A stretch of DNA of 64,000 nt from an uncultured Candidatus Binatia bacterium (GTDB taxonomy: Bacteria; Desulfobacterota; Binatia; UBA9968; JAJDTQ01): positions 2,727,788 through 2,791,787 of the forward strand of contig OZ253480.1 of NCBI GenBank assembly GCA_965261895.1, given 5' to 3'. The notes beneath the pieces are model-generated. The model saw only the letters and a program-made list of their open reading frames with translations, did not search any database and had not been told where the DNA came from. The position numbers and the translations under genes are program-made. Below are positions 48,356 to 58,200 of the stretch, in pieces (the first letter of the stretch is position 1; every line of letters starts with the position of its first letter).

Positions 48356-48409
48356 GTGCCCAACGACGCGGGTCCGTGCGGCCAGACGAGAACCTTCCAC
48401 GAGAACGCC

Positions 48410-48994
48410 ATGTCCGATCCCGACAAACCCGAAGTTGAATCCCCCGCCACCGAGACAGCGGACGTCGGCGCCGGCGACACCACCGTTCAAGAGGTGAAGT
48501 GGTGGATCGACACAGGAAACAAGCAACAGTCGGAAACGGATGAACGGGTCCCCAAGGGCGTGATCGAGCGCTGGGCCTTCGACCTGCTGAAGGATTACCG
48601 GCAGGAACGGGCGCTGCAGAACATCGTGGATATCAACGGCCAGGTCCTGCGCGAGCTCGGCAACAACGAGGAAAGGTGGGTCTACCTGTCCCTCGGCGTC
48701 GGCGAGTTCCCCCCGAAACGGCTCAACTACATCAAGGATTCGCTGAGAATTCCGCGCTACGCCCGCGCCCTGGCCATTGACGCCGGCTATTCGATCCGTG
48801 TCCTCATCACCGGCAACCCTCCGGGCGAAAAAGTGCTGGACATCAACTTCACCGAAGCTCCGTCCATGGACTACTGGAACAGCGGCGAGCTGATCGAGGA
48901 GCAGATGTTCCGCTCCATCGAGGACGCCCTCAAACGGTTGCGGAACTCGATCCACCGCTACTTGCGCAAGAGCACCGTGGAGACGCAAATATGA
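48410..48994 (+). CDS. Hypothetical protein (about 195 aa)
   Basis: ORF 48356..48994. Probable ATG at 48410 (MSDPDKPEV). The stop overlaps the ATG of a small ORF (48991) leading into the DUF2384 frame. Confidence 0.5.
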   Translation: MSDPDKPEVESPATETADVGAGDTTVQEVKWWIDTGNKQQSETDERVPKGVIERWAFDLLKDYRQERALQNIVDINGQVLRELGNNEERWVYLSLGVGEFPPKRLNYIKDSLRIPRYARALAIDAGYSIRVLITGNPPGEKVLDINFTEAPSMDYWNSGELIEEQMFRSIEDALKRLRNSIHRYLRKSTVETQI

Positions 48995-49130
48995 AGACCA
49001 AGGCCGTGGAGCGTAGGTGCTCTGGCAGGGCTCTTGATGTCCTGACGGAAAGAAGGATTACGGACGAGGAGATCGGCTGCCCGATCATGAAACCCCGACC
49101 CTTTCCTACCAAAAAGCAGGGGGCGGGAGG

Positions 49131-49346
49131 TTGACGGTCGAAGAATCCGACCGCGCGGTACGGGTGGCTCGGGTCATCGCGCTGGCGGAGAGAACTTTCG
49201 CCAACCAGGACAAGGCCCACCGCTGGCTTCACAAGAACCTCGTTGCGTTGGATGATCGCCGGCCCATCGACATGATCCAAACGACAGCCGGAACCCGCTT
49301 GGTTGAAGACATGCTGGCAAAGATCGCCTGGGGCGCAGCGGCGTGA
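49131..49346 (+). CDS. DUF2384 (Xre/MbcA/ParS antitoxin C-terminal domain) protein fragment; the N-terminal part lies in a different frame (48991..49134)
   Basis: TTG start. The FANQDKAHRWLHKNLVALDDRRPIDMIQTTAGTRLVEDMLAKIAWG block matches the toxin-binding domain of RES-partner antitoxins. No RES toxin ORF follows. Confidence 0.5.
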   Translation: MTVEESDRAVRVARVIALAERTFANQDKAHRWLHKNLVALDDRRPIDMIQTTAGTRLVEDMLAKIAWGAAA

Positions 49347-49491
49347 TGGGTCTGTGGGGACTTTGAGACGCCGAGGATGCCGAATGCGATCCAAGGCTCC
49401 TCGCATGGGTTGACCGGGTGGCTCTCCCGCACGTCCATGTGCTTCTTAGGTCTCTTTTTGACTTAGATGGACTCGAAAAAACGCTCTTCGA

Positions 49492-49860
49492 TTACGATCT
49501 CTTCCTTTTCGATCCTGGGCGTCTTAACGCCTGTTCCCTTGCGTCCGCTTCTCTGACTCGTTGGTCTGAATCGAGACTTCGGCCGTGATCGGTTATTGAC
49601 CAAATCCCGCGTCTGCGTTTGTCAACGGCTCCGACATGCTTCAGGCGTGTTCTTGCCCATCCCGCTCTATAATCAAGCTTCGGTTGTCGGCTCTCTCCCT
49701 GAAGCTCCTCGAGGACCTCATCGGAAAGCTCCATGATCTCAGCAATCTCTTTCGAGATCTCCTGGACCGAAGCAGACCCGCCAGTCTTGACCAGGGCCTG
49801 CAATGTAGGCCACATCAAGTCGATTTGTGTTGGCATTCTGTGGTTGCTCACGTGAATCAC
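49492..49860 (-). CDS. Stand-alone Mrr N-terminal winged-helix domain protein (no nuclease domain)
   Basis: 122 aa with the family block IDLMWPTLQALVKTGGSASVQEISKEI...YRAGWARTRLKHVG...RGIWSITDHG. It lies in the lower-GC stretch. Confidence 0.55.
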   Translation of the reverse strand: MIHVSNHRMPTQIDLMWPTLQALVKTGGSASVQEISKEIAEIMELSDEVLEELQGESRQPKLDYRAGWARTRLKHVGAVDKRRRGIWSITDHGRSLDSDQRVREADAREQALRRPGSKRKRS

Positions 49861-49867
49861 TATTCAC

Positions 49868-50653
49868 TCAAGCAGATACGCGACTGAGAATCTTTCGCTC
49901 AAGATCGCCGGTCGATTCGAGCGAAGAGACCATTTCCCCGCCCACATCTGACAACCGTGCAAGATCCAGTCGTGGGATCTCTGCCTGATCTTCAAAGACC
50001 AGTATGGAATCGAACTTGAGACTATTCCGGTGGAAGTGTGACAGTATGATAGTGGTAAGTCGGGCCTTGTCTCGGTTCGGAATGCCGTAGAGGAACAACG
50101 GTCGATCATACCGTCCCTCAATTCTGTAGTCGACAGGGTAGGCTTGGGGATTCGGCAACCCCTCCGGCAGATAGTCGGCCTGTATCTTGTCCTCGTCGAT
50201 CCGGCTCTTCAGAAAGTCGGCAAGGTCGTCGTAGAAGGTCGACCTGACACGCGATCGAGACAAAAACGTCAAATCGTGGATTCTCGTCAACGCTTGTCCA
50301 AAGCGGAAGATAGCCTCAGGCAGCCGTTCGATAGGAGCATCCACATGGAACGCACCGCCATCCCGCTCGATTCCAGTCTCGCCGACGATGCGCTCCAACA
50401 GCTCTCCCCGCGCACCTTCCAGAAACGAGTCAATATCGTGGTCGTAGCTGAGGTGCGTGAGAGTATGGCCGCTATCCGACAGGCGAATGCCTCCGGTACC
50501 GGCTTCCGAGACATGCATCGGGAACCGGTCTCCGTCGGGAAACTCAAATTGCGTACGCAACATTAATGCGCCGTCAGGCCGTTCCGTTAGCTGAACATCC
50601 TCGCACAAACGTTCACACAAGAGCCGCTGCAGCGCATTTGTGTTGATCGGCAT
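49868..50653 (-). CDS. Hypothetical protein (261 aa), second gene of a coupled pair
   Basis: ORF 49868..50704. The ATG at 50651-50653 overlaps the TGA of the upstream gene (ATGA). Lower GC than flanking genes; no recognisable motif. Confidence 0.5.
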   Translation of the reverse strand: MPINTNALQRLLCERLCEDVQLTERPDGALMLRTQFEFPDGDRFPMHVSEAGTGGIRLSDSGHTLTHLSYDHDIDSFLEGARGELLERIVGETGIERDGGAFHVDAPIERLPEAIFRFGQALTRIHDLTFLSRSRVRSTFYDDLADFLKSRIDEDKIQADYLPEGLPNPQAYPVDYRIEGRYDRPLFLYGIPNRDKARLTTIILSHFHRNSLKFDSILVFEDQAEIPRLDLARLSDVGGEMVSSLESTGDLERKILSRVSA

Positions 50654-51126
50654 CAGAGTAACCTCGGGTGATCGTGGGCCGCAGTAAGTCCGACGACGTT
50701 GCAATCGTCAATCAGACAGGCCAATGCCCCCTCCAGGGTTTCGTAGCGACCCGTTTCTTCCGCTTCGCGTTCTGGCTTCAGCCCAGCCGCGATCGCTCTT
50801 TCCGTCGCCCGGTGGATATGTACCCGATAGTGTATGTCGCCGTGTTCGTGCCCCGGGCCGTTGTAGCGGGCCAGTGTGAGTCTGGAGCCGTCCAGGGCGA
50901 CGTAGACGATCCCGCAGGAGAAGTCCGACTGATCCAACAGACCCTCGCGTTGATAGATCTCGAATCGAGATTCCTCTCCCCCCTCGCCTACGGCCTTGAA
51001 CGATCGTTGCTTGTGAACCGGTGCTACGGTCGGCTTTTCCGACCATCGTGAGTTTACATTGGATACCCGTTTGCGCACGGAACGAAGTCGGTCCAACTCT
51101 TCGTCCGTATATAGCCGTTGCACCAC
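50653..51126 (-). CDS. Hypothetical protein (157 aa), first gene of a coupled pair
   Basis: ORF with a His-rich segment (YNGPGHEHGDIHYRVHIH). Lower GC; no recognisable family. Confidence 0.5.
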   Translation of the reverse strand: MVQRLYTDEELDRLRSVRKRVSNVNSRWSEKPTVAPVHKQRSFKAVGEGGEESRFEIYQREGLLDQSDFSCGIVYVALDGSRLTLARYNGPGHEHGDIHYRVHIHRATERAIAAGLKPEREAEETGRYETLEGALACLIDDCNVVGLTAAHDHPRLL

Positions 51127-51266
51127 GTCTTCAACCAGCCTGGCCGAATTCCGATATCACAGTCGGCTCGTCGATGGATAGCCGGTGAAATCGCTCATGC
51201 TGCTCGACACGCAAGCGAAACTGCCTAGCGACAACTACGGGCCACTTCTTTGTCCCGGCCACCGGG

Positions 51267-52376
51267 TCAACCGGCGGCGCCGCCCCGCCGGATGGTGCCG
51301 GGGCGCATGGGGAAGGGGACCGAGTCGGTGATCTCCAGGCCGTAGCCGGAGAGGCCCACGAGGTTTCTGGGGTTGTTGGTGACGAGCCGGAGCTTGCGCA
51401 CGCCCAGGTCGCGCAGGATCTGGGCGCCGATGCCGAAGTCGCGGAAGTTCCTGGCCTCTCTGGCTTCGGCGGTGCGCAGGCCCTTGCCTTCGGGCTGGAG
51501 GTAGAGCAGGACGCCCGCGCCTTCCTTGGCGATCAACTCCATGGACTGCTTGATGACCGACCCGGTGTCGAAGAACTCGAAGCCGAACACGTCGCCGGGG
51601 AGGAACTTGGTGCACACCCGCACCAGGGTCTCGCGGTCCTCGGAGATCTCACCCTTGATGAGGGCCAGGTGCTCGGCGGAATCCACGTGGGTGTTGTAGA
51701 CCACTGCCCGAAACTCGCCGCCGTAGCGCGTCGGCAAGCGGGTGGTGGCCACCCGGTGGATCAGCGAGTCGTGCTTGAGGCGGTACTGGATGAGGTCGGC
51801 GATGGTGCAGATCTTGAGGTCGTACTTCTCGCCGAACTCCTCGAGGTCCGCCAGCCGCGCCATGGTGCCGTCATCCTTCATGATCTCGCAGATCACGCTG
51901 GCGGGCCTGAGCCCCGCCAGCCGGCAAAGGTCCACGGAGCCTTCGGTCTGACCCGTGCGTACCAGCACGCCGCCTTCCCTCGCCCGCAACGGGAAGATGT
52001 GCCCGGGCGTGCACAGGTCGGCGGGTCCGGCGTCGTCGGCAATGGCGGCGAGGATGGTCTCGGCCCGGTCGGAGGCCGAGATGCCGGTGGTAACGTTCTT
52101 GACGCCGTCGATGGAGACCGTGAACGCGGTGCCGAAGGGCGCCGTGTTGTCCCTCACCATCATGGTGAGGCCGAGCTGGTCGACCTTGTCCTGGGTAAGC
52201 GGCAGGCAGATCAGGCCCCTCCCCCAGGTGGCCATGAAGTTGATGGCCTCCGGGGTGACCAGTTCCGCGGCCATGGTCAGGTCACCCTCGTTCTCGCGGT
52301 TCTGGTCATCCATCAGGATGACCATCTTGCCTTGCCTGATGTCTTCAAGCGCTTCTTCTATGGTGGCTACGGGCAT
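51267..52376 (-). CDS. ribBA: 3,4-dihydroxy-2-butanone-4-phosphate synthase fused to a GTP cyclohydrolase II-like domain lacking the zinc-binding Cys triad
   Basis: 369 aa. The N-terminal DHBP synthase is intact (RENEGDL, TAFTVSID). In the C-terminal domain the expected CxxGC...C pattern reads VCTKFLPGDVFGFEFFDTG. Confidence 0.8.
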   Translation of the reverse strand: MPVATIEEALEDIRQGKMVILMDDQNRENEGDLTMAAELVTPEAINFMATWGRGLICLPLTQDKVDQLGLTMMVRDNTAPFGTAFTVSIDGVKNVTTGISASDRAETILAAIADDAGPADLCTPGHIFPLRAREGGVLVRTGQTEGSVDLCRLAGLRPASVICEIMKDDGTMARLADLEEFGEKYDLKICTIADLIQYRLKHDSLIHRVATTRLPTRYGGEFRAVVYNTHVDSAEHLALIKGEISEDRETLVRVCTKFLPGDVFGFEFFDTGSVIKQSMELIAKEGAGVLLYLQPEGKGLRTAEAREARNFRDFGIGAQILRDLGVRKLRLVTNNPRNLVGLSGYGLEITDSVPFPMRPGTIRRGGAAG

Positions 52377-52467
52377 GGGTTCCTAACCTAACATTTCGCT
52401 TGCCAAGGTCAAAGATGGCGACGGAATCCCCCGGGGCAACTCCGAATCTTCCGCGCGACCGCCACAC

Positions 52468-52488
52468 GGGCGGGTTTGAAACCCGCCC
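52468..52488. repeat. Solo core palindrome GGGCGGGTTTGAAACCCGCCC
   Basis: Perfect 21-bp inverted repeat. The adjacent CCTAC supplies the pyrF TAG stop (52489-52491). Confidence 0.8.
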
Positions 52489-53220
52489 CTACAACAGCGT
52501 ACCAGCCATCTCGGCGACCACCGACCGAGCCGCGGCGACCGGGTCGTCCGCGGCGGTGATGGGCCTGCCCACGACGATGAAGTCGATGCCCGCGCGAACC
52601 GCGTCTCCCGGGGTCATGACCCGCTTCTGGTCGCCTGCCTGCTGACCCGCGGGCCGGATGCCCGGCGTGACCAGCATGAAGGAATCGCCGCAGGCGCGCC
52701 GGATCTCCGGGACCTCCTGGGCGGAGCAGACGACGCCCGCCAGACCCGCCTCCTGCGCCATGCCGGCCAGCCGTACGACCTGGGCGGGCACGCCGTTCCG
52801 GATCCCCAGCGCATCGAGGTCCGACCCGTCGAGGCTGGTGAGGACGGTCACGCCCAGCACCGACGGCCGCCGCAGTCCTTCCTTCCCGCACACTTCCTCG
52901 ACCGCCGCCGCGGTCTGCCGCATCATCTCCCGGCCGCCGGAGATGTGCAGGTTGAACAGCCGGACCCCGAGCCGGGCGGCTTCCACGGCCGCCGCCGCCA
53001 CGGTGTTGGGAATGTCGTGGAACTTGAGGTCGAGGAAGACCTCGCCGCCGAGATCGTGGATCATGCGGACGACGTTCGGCCCGGCGTTCACGAAGAGCTG
53101 CTTGCCGACCTTGAACATCCCCACTTCCGGGGCGAGGAGGGTGGCGAGGGTTCTCGCTTTCGCCGGATCGGCCAGGTCCAGGGCCACGATCAGGCGCTGC
53201 TTGATATCCGTGGCCGTCAT
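52489..53220 (-). CDS. pyrF: Orotidine-5'-phosphate decarboxylase
   Basis: Probable ATG at 53220 (MTATDIKQRLIVALD). DLKFHDIPNT and catalytic Lys context. The longer ORF 52489..54267 is an out-of-frame artefact overlapping proS. Confidence 0.85.
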   Translation of the reverse strand: MTATDIKQRLIVALDLADPAKARTLATLLAPEVGMFKVGKQLFVNAGPNVVRMIHDLGGEVFLDLKFHDIPNTVAAAAVEAARLGVRLFNLHISGGREMMRQTAAAVEEVCGKEGLRRPSVLGVTVLTSLDGSDLDALGIRNGVPAQVVRLAGMAQEAGLAGVVCSAQEVPEIRRACGDSFMLVTPGIRPAGQQAGDQKRVMTPGDAVRAGIDFIVVGRPITAADDPVAAARSVVAEMAGTLL

Positions 53221-54935
53221 GTCCGTCCGTTGCCGAGGGCCGCGCCGATGCGCGCCACGGCCTCGTCCACCGGGACTTCGGAGGTGGCGCCGTCCCCGCG
53301 CCAACGCAACTCCACGATGCCCTTGGCCAGACCCCTGGCGCCGATGGTGACCCGCAAGGGGATGCCCACGAGGTCGGCGTCCTTGAACTTGACGCCCGGG
53401 CGTTCGTCGCGGTCGTCCAGCAAGACCTCGTGTCCGGCCTCGCTCAGCCCCTGATAGATGTGGTCGGTGACTTCCCGAACGGCTTCTTCCTTGTAGTTGA
53501 GGGGCAATAGCTCGACGGAGAAAGGCGCGATGGAGGCGGGCCAGATGATACCGTTGGCGTCGTTGTTCTGCTCGATGGCGGCCGCCATGAGCCGGGTGAC
53601 GCCGATACCATAGCAACCCATCTCCATGAAGCGCTCGTGCCCCTCCGAGTCGAGTACCGTGGCGCCCATGGCCTCGCTGTACTTGCGCCCGAGGTAGAAT
53701 ACATGGCCTACCTCGATGCCGCGGTACTCTTCGATGACGCCAGCCTCGCAGCGCGGACACGGGTCCCCCGCCTTCACCAGGCGCAGGTCGGCAAAGCGGG
53801 CGGGGGTGAAATCCCTCGACTGGTTCACGTGGATGGTGTGGGCGTCGGGCTGGTTGGCGCCGGTGACGGCGTCGGTCATGCCCCGGACGGCATGATCGGC
53901 CCACACCTCCAAGGGCAGGTTCACGGGACCCAGAAAGCCCGGCGGCGCCCCCACCGCCTGCTGCACCTCGTCCTCGTCCGCCAGCTCCACCGCTATGGCG
54001 TCCAGCAGATTGCCCAGCTTGGTCTCGTTGACCTCGTGGTCGCCGCGCACGAGCACCGCCAACAACCCCCCGGACGGCGTCCGGTAGATCATGGTCTTGA
54101 TGAATCGCTCCGGTGGAACCTTCAAGAACTCGGCGACCTCCGGTACCGTCTTGAGTCCCGGCGTGGCCACGGTCTCGGGCGGGGCGTCCGCGTCGCCGCC
54201 GTCTTCTGGCGCCGGCTGGCGTGATTCCGCCTTCTGAACGTTGGCCGCGTAGTCGCACGAACCGCACGCGGCCAGCGCGTCCTCGCCCGATTCCGCCAGC
54301 ACCTGGAACTCGTGCGACAGGCTGCCGCCGATGGCCCCGGAGTCGGCCTCCACCGCGCGGAACTCCAGGCCGCAGCGGGTGAAGATCCGCCGGTAGGTGT
54401 CGTACATGTTCCGGTACTCGCGCTCCGCGTCCTCCCGGTCCAGGTGAAAGCTGTAGGCGTCCTTCATGATGAACTCGCGCCCACGCATCAAGCCGAAGCG
54501 CGGGCGCACCTCATCCCGGAACTTGGTCTGGATCTGGTAGAGGTTCATGGGGAGCTCCCGGTAGGAGCGGACGTCCCGGCGCACCAGATCGGTGATGACC
54601 TCCTCGTGGGTGGGAGCGAGACAGAAATCCCGCTCGTGGCGGTCCTTGAAGCGCAGCAGCTCCTTGCCGTAGATCTCCCAGCGGCCGCTGTCCTGCCACA
54701 GCTCCGCCGGCGACGTGACGGGCATCAACAACTCCTGGGCGCCGGCCCGGTTCATCTCCTCCCGCACGATGCCCTCGATCTTCCGCAGAGTCCGGAGCGC
54801 CAGCGGCAGAAAGTCGTACACCCCGCGGCTGACCTGCCGGATCATGCCGGCGCGCACCAGCAGCCGGTGGCTCGTCACCTCGGCATCCGACGGTACTTCC
54901 TTGAGGGTGGGTATGAATGACGTTCGCCAGCGCAT
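53217..54935 (-). CDS. proS: Prolyl-tRNA synthetase
   Basis: ORF 53217..55124. Probable ATG at 54935 (MRWRTSFIPTLKEVP); the upstream extension translates the repeat cluster. Class II aaRS motifs and a YbaK-like insertion are present. Confidence 0.9.
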   Translation of the reverse strand: MRWRTSFIPTLKEVPSDAEVTSHRLLVRAGMIRQVSRGVYDFLPLALRTLRKIEGIVREEMNRAGAQELLMPVTSPAELWQDSGRWEIYGKELLRFKDRHERDFCLAPTHEEVITDLVRRDVRSYRELPMNLYQIQTKFRDEVRPRFGLMRGREFIMKDAYSFHLDREDAEREYRNMYDTYRRIFTRCGLEFRAVEADSGAIGGSLSHEFQVLAESGEDALAACGSCDYAANVQKAESRQPAPEDGGDADAPPETVATPGLKTVPEVAEFLKVPPERFIKTMIYRTPSGGLLAVLVRGDHEVNETKLGNLLDAIAVELADEDEVQQAVGAPPGFLGPVNLPLEVWADHAVRGMTDAVTGANQPDAHTIHVNQSRDFTPARFADLRLVKAGDPCPRCEAGVIEEYRGIEVGHVFYLGRKYSEAMGATVLDSEGHERFMEMGCYGIGVTRLMAAAIEQNNDANGIIWPASIAPFSVELLPLNYKEEAVREVTDHIYQGLSEAGHEVLLDDRDERPGVKFKDADLVGIPLRVTIGARGLAKGIVELRWRGDGATSEVPVDEAVARIGAALGNGRT

Positions 54936-54939
54936 GCCA

Positions 54940-55255
54940 TCACTTATAGGAAGCCCCTGGGGACCTGTCAAATTCCGTCTGCCCTCCGCCCCCAACCCCG
55001 CCTGGATTCCCGCTTGCCAGGGTGTGTCAAAACTCAACTTCGGGGGACGAAAGGCCTCTCTGTCATTCCCGCGAAAGCGGGAATCCAGGGGTCCTGGAGG
55101 GGTCCCCACGCGCCGTTTCCCCACTCCACCCCGCCTGGATTCCCGCTTTCGCGGGAATGACGATTTCGGGGGCCGTTGCCCCTCTCGGATGGGGTTTTGA
55201 CACAGCCTGTTTCGCGGGAATGACGGAGTGGAGCACTACTGCCCAATGACGGAGT
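54940..55255. repeat. Second cluster of family-2 palindromic repeats (GTCATTCCCGCGAAAGCGGGAATCCAGG)
   Basis: Copies at about 55003-55020 (variant), 55061-55088 and 55132-55160, with a half copy at 55210-55225. A unit is near-identical to 28638-28728. Confidence 0.75.
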
Positions 55256-55299
55256 GGGGCGCCCTGCCTTTGCGTCGGGCAGCACACCGCTCCCGGTCC

Positions 55300-58200
55300 T
55301 TACGAATGCTCCGCGACGACTCCGTCGGGCGCCGCCGCGCCGAAGCGGAACCATCTCCGGGCTATCCCCTTGGCGTCGTCGAGCATGGCGTAGAGACAGG
55401 GGGTGAGGATCAGCGTGAGAACGGTGGCGAAGGACAGCCCCCAGACCACGGAGATGGCCATGGGCGAGAGGAACTTGGCCTGACCGGTGGCGAAGAAGGC
55501 CAGCGGAACAAGGCCGCCCACGGTGGTGACGGTGGTCAACATGACGGGCCTCAGGCGCACGACGCCGGACTGGATGATGGAGTCGTACGCCGACGTGCCG
55601 CTTCTTCGGCTGCGGTTGATGAAGTCCACCAGGATGAGGGAATCGTTGACGACGACTCCCGCGAGGGCGATGAAGCCCAGGAGGGACATGAAGCTCAGGT
55701 TCTCGCCCATGACGAGATGCCCGATCACGACGCCGCCGAGGCCGAAGGGAATCGCGGCCATGACGATGAACGGTTGTATGAACGATTTGAAGAGGGAACC
55801 CAGCACGAAGTAGATGACGAGCAACGTGATCAGAGAGATTTGCGGCAGGGAAGCCAGGGACTCCTCCATCTCCTGCCGTTCGCCCTTGACCACGACCCGC
55901 TGGCCGGGATAGCGCCGGCCGGCGTCGGCGAACTGCCGCTTCAAGGCGTCCGTGGCCTCCACCACGGTGGTTTTCCCCGTCTCCACCTCGGCAAAGACGC
56001 TCAGCGTCCGCTTGCGGTCGTCCCGGTTGATCTGGCTGGCGCTGATGCCGGTGCGAATGTCGGCGACGTCACGCAGGAAGACGCGCTCGCCGGAGGGCAG
56101 CGTGAGCTTCAGCCGCGACACGGTGTCGACGTGGCTGCGCTGGTCCCGGGGGAACCGGACGACGATGGGCACATCCTCGTCTCCGCGCTGGATGCTCGAG
56201 GCCTCGACCCCCTGGAAGCCCTGCTGCACCTGGCGCGCGAGGCCCCTCAGGTCGAGACCCAGGGTGCGGCCTTCCGGCTTGAGCCTGATGCGGATTTCCT
56301 CCTTGCCCGCGACGAGGTCATCGCGGATGTCCCGTACCCCGGGCAGGGTGGCCAGGAAGCCCTTGACCTCTTCGGTCAGGCGCCTGATGCTTGCGAGGTC
56401 CTCGCCGATGATCCGGGCCTCGATGGCGGGGCCTCCGGGCCCGGCCTGGAGACCGAGGAACTGGAGCTTGGTGATACCCGGTATCCGTTCCATCTTCCCC
56501 CGGAGATCGTCGATGACCTCGGCCGCCGTTCGGCTGTGGTCGTCGTGAAGCTCCAGCGTGAGCTGTCCCACGTTGCTTCCCCGCACCACCCGATTCACGT
56601 CGAGGAACGCGATGCCGACGGTCGTGGCCATGGACTTGAGCTCACCGGGGGGCAAACCCAGCACGATCTCTTCGGCCTGAACGGCCACGGCCTCGGTGTC
56701 TTCCAGCTTGGCGTTGGCCGAAGTCTCGAAGTTCACGAAGAACTGGCTCGACTCGAACTCGCGAAAGAGCACGAAGGGCACCCGGTACTGGGCCGCCGCG
56801 GCCAGCAGCACGCTCGCCGCCACGATCACGGTCACCGCCACGTAACGCCAGCGGACCGCGACTCCCAGGACCTTCTCATAGACATGGCGCAGGCTGGTCA
56901 ACCACAGGCGCTGGCCGGGCACGTGCAAACGGCGGAGACCGGTCAGCCGCTCCCGATGGCGCAGCCGGGTAAGCCACAGACGCTCGCCGCGGCGCAGCTT
57001 GTTGGCATAGGCGGGCGTGATGACGTCCGAAAGATGCGAGGGCAGGATGAACAACACCTCCAGCAGCGAGAGCAGCAGCGCGAAGGTCACCACGAAGGGG
57101 AGAGGCCGCAGGAAGAAGCCGATGGTTCCCGGGAGCAGCAGGAACGGGACGAACGCGGCGACGGTGGTCAGCACGGTGGTGACCACCGGCCAGGCAACCT
57201 CGTAGGTGCCCTGGAGGGCCGCCTCCTTGGGAGGCATGCCCTGCTCGACGTAGCGGTACACGTTTTCCGTAACGATGACGGCGTCGTCCACCAGAAGGCC
57301 GAGGACCAGGATCAGGCCGAATGCGGAGATCATGTTGAGGCTGAGGCCGATAACCGACATCAAGACCAGACAACCCAGCACCGCGAACGGAATGCCGAGG
57401 GAGGTCAGCAGGGCAATCCGTCCGCGGACGAAGACACAGAGCGTCGCGAGCACTATGGCCAGGCCGATGGCGCCGCTCTCGCCCAGGGTGCTCAAACGGT
57501 TTCGGATGAACACCGAGAAGTCATTGAAAACTCCCACGGAAACGGTCCCCGGCAAGGTCTTGCGGATTTCCGCCACGGAGTCGCGGACGCGTTCCGCGAC
57601 GCTGATGGTATCGCCGCTCCGCTCCTTGACGACCACAAGGTTGATCGACGGCTTTCCGTCGAAACGCGCCAGGAACGTCGGGTCCTCGAAGGACTCGCGC
57701 ACGGCGGCGACATCCCCCACCGTGAGAGCGTGTCCGGTGTCGGTGGAACGAAGGATCATGCGCTCCACGTCGGCCACGCCTGCGGCCACCCCCAGGGTCC
57801 GCACCAGGACCTCGCCCCGGGCGGTCTTGAGCGCGCCGCCGGGCACGTTGCGGTTCTGATTGTTCACGGCGGCGCGAATCTCGTCCAGGCTCAGCCGGTA
57901 CTGGTCGAGCTGTTCCGGGTCGATCTCGATGAGTATCCGGCTCTCGCGGATGCCGAAGATCGACACGGTGGCGACACCGTCGACGCGCCTGAGCTGATCC
58001 CGCACATCCTTGGCGATCTCCCGCAGCTCCTGCTCGAGTATGTCGCCGCTCAATGAGACGGTGATCACCGGGATGGTGGACACGACCTCGCTCACCCGGG
58101 GCTCTTCCGCCTCCTCCGGCAGGCCGACGACCCGGTCCAGGGCGGCTCTCACGTCCCCCAGAGCCCGGCTCATCTCGGTGTCCGACTGCATCTGCAGGCG

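Noticed and set aside
48356-48994. RES-type toxin identity for the 195-aa protein upstream of the DUF2384 fragment
   Set aside because: No R-E-S motif arrangement or GGRWN-like block is present. It is left as hypothetical.
52377-52488. FMN riboswitch upstream of ribBA
   Set aside because: The region is only about 110 bp, is dominated by the core palindrome, and shows no FMN-element conserved blocks.
55228-58056. 942-aa plus-strand ORF
   Set aside because: It is antisense to the RND permease.
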